Source of the DNA: an uncultured bacterium
Lineage (GTDB): Bacteria > Desulfobacterota > Binatia > UBA1149 > CAITLU01
DNA: 64,000 nt
Reading direction: 5' to 3'
NCBI GenBank assembly: GCA_903893315.1
Contig: CAITLU010000031.1
Coordinates: forward strand, 14,402-78,401
The position numbers and the translations under genes are program-made. Shown piece after piece: positions 9,452 to 17,556 of this stretch. How positions within the stretch are numbered: position 1 is the stretch's first letter; each line of letters begins with the position of its first letter. The notes below the pieces were generated by a model. The model was not told the origin of the DNA and searched no databases. It saw nothing but the letters and a program-made list of their open reading frames with translations.

Positions 9452-10069
9452 ATGGTGAGCGGTCAGAAGGAGCAGGAGGGGGTATTGGCGGAAGTCGCGC
9501 ACGATCTCGCCAACCGCTTTCACCGATATTACTACTGCTCCCACCTTGCCGTTGAGGCGCTTGGAGAGGCTCCTCCTGAGGTGCGGGATCTGCTCGCGAG
9601 GGCTCAGGATACCGTCGAAGAAATCGAGGCTTTGACCAGCGCGCTGCTGGCTTTCGTGCGGCCAACTGATCTGCGTTCGATCCTGGTGGGCGGCGATGAC
9701 GTAGTCGGGAGTCTTCGTCGGCACTTGGGCGAACACTGCGTGGAATCGTTCGGTTGTGACGCGCTCGGCTCCATCAAGGTTGCTGTCGATCCTACCCGTC
9801 TGGGCGAGGTGCTGGCTACTTGTAGTAAAATCCTGCTTGGGCGTGCTGTCTCTCAAGCACCGCTTCGTCTGGAACTTGGCAGCGACGGGTGTCTCGAACT
9901 TCGCCTTTCCGTTCTCGCGTCTTCCCCGATACCGGCGACGCCGGACCTCGCGCTCGCGATGGCCATGAAGATCGTCGCACTGCACGGGGGGGAACTGACG
10001 ATTCCGACAGCCTCGCCGCCGGGTACTGCGGCGATTACCGTTCGCTTGCCGATTGCACCACAGGAGTAG
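9452..10069 (+). CDS. Sensorless, degenerate histidine-kinase-like protein (possible phosphotransferase)
   Basis: H-box AEVAHDLAN, DPTRLGEVL and KIVALHGGEL; N/G1/G2 box residues are missing; abuts the response regulator. Start uncertain. Confidence 0.7.
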   Translation: MVSGQKEQEGVLAEVAHDLANRFHRYYYCSHLAVEALGEAPPEVRDLLARAQDTVEEIEALTSALLAFVRPTDLRSILVGGDDVVGSLRRHLGEHCVESFGCDALGSIKVAVDPTRLGEVLATCSKILLGRAVSQAPLRLELGSDGCLELRLSVLASSPIPATPDLALAMAMKIVALHGGELTIPTASPPGTAAITVRLPIAPQE

Positions 10070-10075
10070 GCTTTG

Positions 10076-11482
10076 ATGACCCAACGGATTTTTGTGGTGG
10101 ATGATGACCCGCTCATCTGCCGACAACTGGAGGATCTCTTCCGAGAGCGTCACTACCAAGTGGACAGCGCCGGCAGCGCCGGTGAAGCGCTGGCACTGCT
10201 GGAACAGCACGAATACGCGCTCGGCGTGGTGGACCTGAAGATTCCGGGGACCGATGGCCTGAGCCTGACACGTCAGATCCACGAGCGGTGGAGCGACCTC
10301 GATATCATCATCATTACTGGCTACGCTTCGATCAAGGGAGCTGTTGAGGCGATCCGTCAAGGCGCCAGCGACTACATCACCAAGCCCTTCGAACGCGAAG
10401 AAATCCTGCTCGCGACTGAGAAGATACTGGAGAAGCGTCGTCTCCTCGATGAGATCAGTTACCTGCGCAGTCAGCTCTCGGAAAGATATTCGTTCGCCAA
10501 CATGGTCAGCCGCAATCCGGCGATGCATGAACTTTTCCACACCATCGAGTCGCTCGCGCAGAACGATGCCACCGTGCTGGTCTGGGGAGAGTCTGGAACG
10601 GGCAAGGAACTGGCGGCTCGAGCGATTCATTTCCAGGGGCGTCGCAAGAGCGGCCGTTTCGTCGCCATCAACTGCGCGGCCTTTCCCGATTCGCTGCTCG
10701 AAGCCGAACTGTTCGGGCATGAACGCGGAGCCTTCACCGGCGCGGTTCAGGATCGGATCGGGAAGATCGAACTCGCCAGCGGCGGTACGCTCTTTCTGGA
10801 CGAGGTCGAGAGCATCTCGTTGCCCATGCAGCTCAAGCTCCTTCGCGTCCTCGAGCAGCGCGAGATCGAAAAACTCGGCGGCAACCGTCTGGTCCGGGTG
10901 AATATACGAGTGATTGCGGCGACCAACCGAGATCTCGAGGAGATGGTCAGCCGAGGCGCGATGAGGGAGGACTTCTATTATCGCGTCAACGTCGTCCCAC
11001 TGCTGATTCCACCGCTGCGCGACCGAATAGAGGATGTTCCGCTGCTGGTGGCCGAGATGCTCAAGAACAACCCGTTGGCTCGCGAGCGGGGCATCAGTCG
11101 GGTGTCCAACCGTGCGCTGCAGGCTCTGATGTCTTACCACTGGCCCGGAAACGTCCGCGAACTCGGCAATGTGATCGAACGGTCGATCCTCAAGACCAGC
11201 GGACCGGTGATCAAGGATGTCGACCTTCCGACCTCGGGAACTGCTTCGGCGGGAGTCGGTGGTGCTTCGCGGGGTCGCGAGTACGAACTGCCGCTCAAGC
11301 AGTTCTTGAAGCGGGCCGAAAAAGAGTATCTCGCTGCGGTCCTGCGTCGAGCCCGCGGCGGCATCGCCAGCACCGCCAAGCACTCGATGATCGACGCGGC
11401 CACGCTGCATCGCAAGATGAAGCAGCACGGCTTGCGGCGCGAGGAATTCCGGCGGTCGGCGCGCGAAGCCGAGCGTCCCTGA
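10076..11482 (+). CDS. sigma54-dependent response regulator (NtrC family: REC-AAA-Fis HTH)
   Basis: VVDDD, DLKIP, DYITKP, GESGTGKE, GAFTGA, LFLDE and WPGNVREL motifs; C-terminal HTH. Confidence 0.97.
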   Translation: MTQRIFVVDDDPLICRQLEDLFRERHYQVDSAGSAGEALALLEQHEYALGVVDLKIPGTDGLSLTRQIHERWSDLDIIIITGYASIKGAVEAIRQGASDYITKPFEREEILLATEKILEKRRLLDEISYLRSQLSERYSFANMVSRNPAMHELFHTIESLAQNDATVLVWGESGTGKELAARAIHFQGRRKSGRFVAINCAAFPDSLLEAELFGHERGAFTGAVQDRIGKIELASGGTLFLDEVESISLPMQLKLLRVLEQREIEKLGGNRLVRVNIRVIAATNRDLEEMVSRGAMREDFYYRVNVVPLLIPPLRDRIEDVPLLVAEMLKNNPLARERGISRVSNRALQALMSYHWPGNVRELGNVIERSILKTSGPVIKDVDLPTSGTASAGVGGASRGREYELPLKQFLKRAEKEYLAAVLRRARGGIASTAKHSMIDAATLHRKMKQHGLRREEFRRSAREAERP

Positions 11483-11580
11483 GGCACCGTGTCTAACGGC
11501 GTATGCGAAGTTGGGATCGCCGCTCCGGCGTGCGATAAAGGTGCCCGTCGCACCACGAAGCGGCTTGGCTGAGGAAGAGG

Positions 11581-13896
11581 ATGTACGCACACTTTTACCA
11601 CCTCTCCGAGAACCCCTTCAATCTCACTCCGGATCCCAAGTTCCATTACATCAATGAGTCTACGCGTGAGGCGCTTGCCTCAATGCTGTACGGCATCAAA
11701 TCGCGCAAGGGCTTCCTGACGCTGATCGGTGAGGCGGGGACCGGCAAGACGACCATGCTGCGACGCGTGGTCGACGAGATAGAGGGTGAAACCAGGATCG
11801 TCTTTGTCTTCAACCCCGGGGTGAGCTTCGACGAACTGCTCGAGTTCATCTGCATGGAACTCGGCATTCGGGCCGAGGCCAAAGGGCGCCTGAAGCTTCT
11901 GGAGCGCCTCAACAGCTATCTGCTCGAGCAACTGACCGAGGGGCGCAACGTCGTGGTCATTATCGACGAGGCCCAGACCTTGGATGACGCGGTCCTGGAG
12001 GAACTCCGGCTGCTCTCCAATCTGGAGACATCCAAGGAAAAGATTCTACAGATCGTCCTCAGTGGTCAGCCGGAACTGGAAGAGAAGCTGAGGCGTCCGC
12101 ATCTGCGGCAGTTGCGCCAGCGCATAGGTGTTCGCGCGACCTTGCGTGCGATGCGGGCGGACGAGATCCGTGCCTACGTCGAGACGCGGCTTCGCAGCGC
12201 TGGCAGCGAGAAGGCCGAGCTGTTCACCGGTCCGGCCCTGCTGCGATGCTGGCAGTCCGCGCAGGGAATCCCCCGCGTAATCAACGTGATCTGCGACAAC
12301 GCCATGATGATAGCTTTTGCGGAGGGCAAGGATCGCATCTCCGCGTCCTTGATGAACGCTGCGATTCGCGATCTTGACGGGGAATCCCAGACCCAGGCGA
12401 TGATGCGCAGGGTGCGCAATCTGCTCGGCAGCAGGCAGGTCGGCGTGGGCGTAGTTGCGGCTGGAGTTCTCGTCGTGGCCTTTGTGCTGGGGCGGGGTTG
12501 GCCACAGCCGGGGACGTGGGGCGGCGCGACGGCGCAGCAAGCCGAACGGGAAAACGGTCACGAGGTCGGCCAAGTTGCCGCCGCAGCCAGTGCCCCGACG
12601 ATGGCCGACGCCCGACTCGATTCGGCTCGCTCGCCGGTCGATGCTTCTCAGGCTCCGCGGCATGAGGGCCGGCGCCACGGCCGCGGTGAGAACGGTGGCC
12701 GGTCCTCGGCGCCGGTTGCCGCCTCCGAGGCCACAGCGGTGCCCGCACTTGCAATGGTAGCTTCGGTTCCCCGTGAGACGGCCGTGGGCAGAATGGATCA
12801 GGCGCGCGTGCCGGTCCCGGCCATCGTTGTATCGCCGCCGTCCGCCTTGGCAGCGGCCGCTGCGCCTCCTGTTCCGGAAGCGCCACGACCTTTCGTCGCG
12901 CCGCCCCCGCCGCGCTTTGAGGACCTCGACCCACTTACCGAGACGGCGCCTGCCGTGGGCGCTTCTGACCCTCATGTCTCGCCGGCCGACGCGATGACAG
13001 ACTCGGTGCGACGCGCCGAGGGACAAGCACGCTTGGCGGCGGCGCGGTTGTACGGCGAAGGGACGCCGGCTTCCTCTGCGGGCGTTTCACAGCCTCGGCC
13101 TTTCGGACTTGCTGCAGCTACGGCCGCGGCCGCAGCTGCAAGTAGATCCACGGCGCCGGTTGTCACTGGAGACGCGGCAGGCGGCCTGCGTTCCGTCGAG
13201 GATGCTGAAGCCATGGCCGCAGCTGCGTTGTCGCCTCCGCCGGTTCCGGCAGTTGCCGCCCCTGTGGTCCCGCCCACTTCTCGATCGCCTGGTCCTGTGG
13301 CGTCATCCTCGGCGTCTCGCGGCTCGGCGTCAGTTTCTTCGCAGGGTCTCGCGCAAGGGCTGGAATCTGTAGCCTCGCTGAGCGGTGGTGGAGATTCATC
13401 CAAGGCACCGCGCGCGCCTGGCCGACCTCCCATTGGTCGCCAGATTCATGTCGGGCGGGGCGATACCGTCTGGGCGATCGCGATGCAGTACTACGGAACG
13501 GTCGACTCTTCCGTACTGACCCAGATTTTCCGTTACAACGCGGGAATTTCCGACGCCCATCGGCTGGATCTTGGCAGTGAGGTGTTTCTTCCGTTCCTCA
13601 GCCCGGAGCAGATGGTTGGTCCTTCGACAGGGGGCGGCTACCAGGTGTTGCTGGCTGAGAGCACGGACGCTCGTCTGGTAGACCGCGCTGCAGCGTGGGC
13701 ATCGGCGGCCTTGCCGGGACGTACGCTTCGGACCGCAACCAAAGGCAAGGGGACCGCGGTGCGGATGATCTACGCGGTCGGCTTTCCGTCGCGAGATGCG
13801 GCCTTGGAGTCGGCGCGATACATTTTAGGCCGCTCTTCACATTCAGACGCGAATGGAAGCTCGAGACGCCTTGTCGCCGAGCGAGCCAGAGGCTAG
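11581..13896 (+). CDS. ExeA/GspA-like AAA ATPase with TM helix, Pro/Ala-rich linker and LysM domain
   Basis: MYAHFYHLSENPFNLTPDP, GEAGTGKTT, IIDEAQ, LRLLSNLET, GIPRVIN.ICD; LysM-like VGRGDTVWAIA..YYG...N...L.LG..VFLP. Confidence 0.9.
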   Translation: MYAHFYHLSENPFNLTPDPKFHYINESTREALASMLYGIKSRKGFLTLIGEAGTGKTTMLRRVVDEIEGETRIVFVFNPGVSFDELLEFICMELGIRAEAKGRLKLLERLNSYLLEQLTEGRNVVVIIDEAQTLDDAVLEELRLLSNLETSKEKILQIVLSGQPELEEKLRRPHLRQLRQRIGVRATLRAMRADEIRAYVETRLRSAGSEKAELFTGPALLRCWQSAQGIPRVINVICDNAMMIAFAEGKDRISASLMNAAIRDLDGESQTQAMMRRVRNLLGSRQVGVGVVAAGVLVVAFVLGRGWPQPGTWGGATAQQAERENGHEVGQVAAAASAPTMADARLDSARSPVDASQAPRHEGRRHGRGENGGRSSAPVAASEATAVPALAMVASVPRETAVGRMDQARVPVPAIVVSPPSALAAAAAPPVPEAPRPFVAPPPPRFEDLDPLTETAPAVGASDPHVSPADAMTDSVRRAEGQARLAAARLYGEGTPASSAGVSQPRPFGLAAATAAAAAASRSTAPVVTGDAAGGLRSVEDAEAMAAAALSPPPVPAVAAPVVPPTSRSPGPVASSSASRGSASVSSQGLAQGLESVASLSGGGDSSKAPRAPGRPPIGRQIHVGRGDTVWAIAMQYYGTVDSSVLTQIFRYNAGISDAHRLDLGSEVFLPFLSPEQMVGPSTGGGYQVLLAESTDARLVDRAAAWASAALPGRTLRTATKGKGTAVRMIYAVGFPSRDAALESARYILGRSSHSDANGSSRRLVAERARG

Positions 13897-14110
13897 TGTT
13901 CGCGTGGAATTGGGGTTGGAGCGAAAAGAGCGTGAAAGGTGCATCAGACCACGGTCAGTGCTACCGTTCTGCCTTCAGAGCGGTGGCAGCGTCGGAACGA
14001 TCGGGCGTCTTTGCGGGACTCCTGACTTCGCGGATTTAGGACACAGTTTGCGTTTGGCATTGGGGATTTGTTGTAACTTTGGCTAAGATGCCTTAAGTAA
14101 TTGAGCCAGA

Positions 14111-14195
14111 CCCTCTTGGGGGCTTCTAGTAACCTTCCGTCAGGAAGGCTTGACCGACTGGCCCGAGTTCGGGACTAGGGGTAGCAACAAGAGGG
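14111..14195 (+). ncRNA. Candidate structured leader RNA upstream of the polysaccharide operon (unassigned family)
   Basis: Four nested complementary segments seen by eye (see findings). No family match recognised. Confidence 0.3.
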
Positions 14196-14455
14196 AGGGG
14201 TTTCGGATTCATCGGAACGGTTCGAATGCAGCCAGCGTAGTACTCACGGACATGACGTGTGACGAGGTTGTTGACCGTGGTCGAAAGCCAGCTTTGCTGT
14301 CGGGGTTGGCCGACGAAGTTGGCGCGGCGTGTTTTGACCGATCACTTGGTTGAGGGGGACGGTCGCGAATGTGGGGGGTGGCTGTGGTTCTGGGTGAGGA
14401 AGAAGCGGCCGAGAAGGGTTTGTCGAGCGCTTCGGCCTGAGGCGGACGGGGGTTC

Positions 14456-15175
14456 ATGAAAGCACGAGTAGTTGTATCGGTTCTGTCAGCGCTGCTTTCC
14501 GTGGGCTGTTTCTCCACGCTCGGTGTCGCTCCCTCTGGGGATGTACCTGGAGTTGCGGCGCTGCAGATGGCTGCCGCTCCGCAAAACACTGCGACGCCGG
14601 CTTATCGAATCCAGAGTGGGGATCATCTCGACATCCGCTCCCTCTATCACGACGAACTCAACGGCGAGGCGACCGTAGGCCCGGACGGCCAGGTCAGCAT
14701 CGTTGGACTCGGTCAACTTCAGGCTGTCGGCCTTACTTCCGACGAATTGGCGGCTGAGATAGTTCGCCGCGCGTCCATCACCCATCGTAATCCTTCGGTG
14801 ACCGTGCGGGTCAAAGAGTTCACGAGCTATCACGCCTATGTGGGCGGCGAGGTAAAGAAGCCTGGTTACGTCGTGGTCACGCCCGGGATGACCTCGCTTC
14901 GTGCGGTAATGGAGAGGGGCGGTTTTGCATACAGCGCCCGCGCCGACAGCGTCCTGCACATCGCGTGGAATCCGCAGGGCGGGTACTCGGCCCAGCGCAT
15001 CAATCTGGAGCGGGTGCTTGAGACAGGGGATACCACCCAGGATTTGGCACTCGGGCCGAACGACATGGTGTTCGTTCCGGCTACATGGATCACCAACGCG
15101 AATCTGTGGGTCCGCCAATGGATCATCGAACTGATTCCGATCCGCGAGCCTACGACTCGCATTACCGACTTCTGA
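14456..15175 (+). CDS. wza: Polysaccharide export (OPX/Wza-family) lipoprotein, short form
   Basis: Lipobox LSVGC; YRIQSGDHLDI...VGPDGQVS...A.GLT..EL (Poly_export); YVGGEVKKPG SLBB domain; LGPNDMVFVP. Confidence 0.88.
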   Translation: MKARVVVSVLSALLSVGCFSTLGVAPSGDVPGVAALQMAAAPQNTATPAYRIQSGDHLDIRSLYHDELNGEATVGPDGQVSIVGLGQLQAVGLTSDELAAEIVRRASITHRNPSVTVRVKEFTSYHAYVGGEVKKPGYVVVTPGMTSLRAVMERGGFAYSARADSVLHIAWNPQGGYSAQRINLERVLETGDTTQDLALGPNDMVFVPATWITNANLWVRQWIIELIPIREPTTRITDF

Positions 15176-15197
15176 CAGAGTTGAGGGAAGGCGACCT

Positions 15198-16787
15198 ATG
15201 GACCAGCGTTCTCTCTATCTCCTGAGGCAAGCCGTCACCGCGGTTTTCAAGCGGTGGCGTCTGGTCGCCGTGGTTTTTCTGGCGATTTTTGTTCCGTTCA
15301 ACTTCTTCAACATGATTCGGCAGCCGGTCTATAGTGCCAAGTCGAAGGTCTTGATCACCAAGGACCGCGCCTATGCCGAGGTGTCGCCGTTAGTTCGCGA
15401 TGTGGCGGCCACGGATTTGCCCAACGAAATGGTCGTCAACTCGGAGATTCAATTGATCCAGAGTCGCGACCTCCTGCGGCGGCTAAGCGACGAGCTGGCC
15501 ACCCAGTCGCAGGCGGATCCGGAGGGAGCGTTCCCCGTTCCCGGCGTCAAGACGCTGCAGCAGCAAGTTCAGGTGTTGCGCAAACCTCAGTCCAACGTTC
15601 TCGAAATAGCCTACAAAAGCAGTGATCCAGACTACGCCATCCACGTGGTCAATACGCTGGTCGGGCTCTATGCGCGGTATCACATTGAGTCCCACAAATC
15701 GCCGGGCGCTCTGACGTTCTTTGACAAGGAGACCCAGGCGGCGAAAGAGGCTTTTGTACAGTCGGATCTCGAGTTGGAACGCTTTGACGCGGTGAACGGT
15801 CTGACCTCGATCGCCACTGAAGTCGAAGACCGTCTTCGGCAGCGGGCTCAACTCGAAGCTGATTTGCGGCGTACGGAAGCTCAGGTCACCGAATTGACGA
15901 CCAAGGTTGCGGCCGTTGAGGCCGAACTTGAGTACATCCCTGAGCAGGAAGCGACCGAAGTCGAAATTATCCCCAATCCTCTGGTTAGTTACCTTCGGCA
16001 GAATCTGGCGCGTCTCGATATGGAGCGTGAACGGCTCCTCCAACTCTACACGCCTCAGCATCGGCTGGTAATGGACGTCGAGAGCGAAATCGCCGGGCTC
16101 AAGTCGCAGATCGCCGGCCAAGAGGGCTCGGTGGTGGGCCGCAAGAAGATGGCAGCGACCGGAGTGCGACTCCGTCTGGAGGAAGACCTGCTGGGATCCC
16201 AGGCGCAGGTAGGAGCGCTGGAGGCCAGGCGAACGCTGCTTGCCGAACGTATTGCCGATTACGAGAACGAGATCCGCGTTCTTCACGGCAAGCACTATGA
16301 AATAATGCGCATGCGTCGTGAGCGCGAAGAGCGGAAAGACACCTACAACGCGCTGCTGGACAAGCTCAACACGATGAAGGTCTCGGAGGCCATGGATATG
16401 GCCGGGCTGTCCAACGTGTCGGTAATTGAGGCCGCCGCCGCGCCTCTCGACAGTGAGCCGGACTACAAGACCATCACCTTGGCTCTGACTACCTTTTTGG
16501 CTTTGTTGCTGAGTGTCAGCACGGCGGTCGTGTTCGAGATGGTGAATCCGGTGATGAACAGCGATCTCGACGTTCGTCACCACCTTGGGTTGCCGGTTCT
16601 TGCAGCTATCCCGCTTAACGGCGGGAGCGGTGGCGTGGGCAACAACGTGCAAGGCAACCAGCAGAGCAACCAGCAAGGTAACAACCAAGGCAATGCCGGC
16701 AACGGTTACCGGGTAGGGAACGCCCGCCGGACGGGAAATCGTCGGGGTAACAACGGTGGCGGCGGGAATGGCGGTCGTCGCTCCTAA
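15198..16787 (+). CDS. Polysaccharide co-polymerase (GumC/Wzz/Wzc-N-like)
   Basis: Two TM helices flanking a long coiled coil; SEIQLIQS, YTPQHR and LGLPVLAAIP motifs. Confidence 0.9.
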   Translation: MDQRSLYLLRQAVTAVFKRWRLVAVVFLAIFVPFNFFNMIRQPVYSAKSKVLITKDRAYAEVSPLVRDVAATDLPNEMVVNSEIQLIQSRDLLRRLSDELATQSQADPEGAFPVPGVKTLQQQVQVLRKPQSNVLEIAYKSSDPDYAIHVVNTLVGLYARYHIESHKSPGALTFFDKETQAAKEAFVQSDLELERFDAVNGLTSIATEVEDRLRQRAQLEADLRRTEAQVTELTTKVAAVEAELEYIPEQEATEVEIIPNPLVSYLRQNLARLDMERERLLQLYTPQHRLVMDVESEIAGLKSQIAGQEGSVVGRKKMAATGVRLRLEEDLLGSQAQVGALEARRTLLAERIADYENEIRVLHGKHYEIMRMRREREERKDTYNALLDKLNTMKVSEAMDMAGLSNVSVIEAAAAPLDSEPDYKTITLALTTFLALLLSVSTAVVFEMVNPVMNSDLDVRHHLGLPVLAAIPLNGGSGGVGNNVQGNQQSNQQGNNQGNAGNGYRVGNARRTGNRRGNNGGGGNGGRRS

Positions 16788-16807
16788 CGGACGGCGCGGG
16801 GAAGGTA

Positions 16808-17539
16808 ATGAGCAAGACCTACGAAGCGCTGAAGCGGGCGGAAGCTCTGCGGGCTCAGGAACGGGCTACCGAGACTTTCGAGGTCCCGTCCCCTACGCCG
16901 ACTATTCCGATGCACGGCGCCGACGACTATTACGAGTTGCGGCGGTCGCTTCTCGGCTCAGCGGTCGGCGAGAGCGTTAAGACCATTCTTGTCGTGAGTT
17001 CACTGCACGGTGAGGGGGCGTCGAGCGTTGCCTGCTTGCTGGCTCGGGCGGTAGCTGAGGGAGGTCGCTCACGTGCGCTGCTGGTCGACCTGAACTTGCG
17101 GACTCCGGCGCTTTGGCGCCTGATGAACGTGAGTGGTCAAAGCGGTTTCATGAACGTCATTGCCGAGAATCGGCGCGTCGATGAAGTAATTCAGCCTACG
17201 GACCTGGAGGGGGTTGCCATTGTAACTGCCGGGAGCGGGCGGGTGAGCGCGGTTGAAATCATCGACAATCCCAAGACGGCTGAGGTGGTGGCCAGCCTTT
17301 CGCATCTGGCCGATGTGACGTTCATTGATGCTCCACCCGTGTCTCTTTATCCGGATGCACGTGCGCTGGCCCCACTGGTAGATGGAGTTATACTAGTGGT
17401 TGAGGCCGACGTTACGCCGGTCAACGTGGCCGCGCGCGCTGCGGAAATCATCCGTGAGACCGGCGCCAATCTTCTGGGTGTCGTCCTGAACAAGACCAGG
17501 CCTTACATTCCCGAGCGTATTGCCTCAGTGCTCGGCTGA
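16808..17539 (+). CDS. CpsD/CapB-family BY-kinase homolog with degenerate Walker A (probable pseudokinase)
   Basis: MSKTYEALKRAE, LLVDLNLRTP, FIDAPP, VDGVILVVEA and LGVVLNK motifs; Walker A reads GEGASS. Confidence 0.88.
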   Translation: MSKTYEALKRAEALRAQERATETFEVPSPTPTIPMHGADDYYELRRSLLGSAVGESVKTILVVSSLHGEGASSVACLLARAVAEGGRSRALLVDLNLRTPALWRLMNVSGQSGFMNVIAENRRVDEVIQPTDLEGVAIVTAGSGRVSAVEIIDNPKTAEVVASLSHLADVTFIDAPPVSLYPDARALAPLVDGVILVVEADVTPVNVAARAAEIIRETGANLLGVVLNKTRPYIPERIASVLG

Positions 17540-17556
17540 CAGGTCGAGCGTTAAGC

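Noticed and set aside
9350-11590. 746-aa minus-strand ORF, and similar long antisense ORFs (2762-4081, 35487-37523, 37915-39246, 43434-44843, 61291-62907)
   Set aside because: They are antisense shadows of well-supported genes, expected with GC-rich codon bias, and show no recognisable motifs.
14111-14195. Assigning the leader structure to SRP RNA, 6S RNA, tRNA or a c-di-GMP riboswitch
   Set aside because: The diagnostic sequence motifs are absent by eye, so it is left unassigned.
13897-14455. sigma54 promoter directly upstream of wza, and small ORFs in this gap
   Set aside because: The TGGC-containing sites I checked lack GC at the -12 position; the short ORFs have no motifs or convincing SD.
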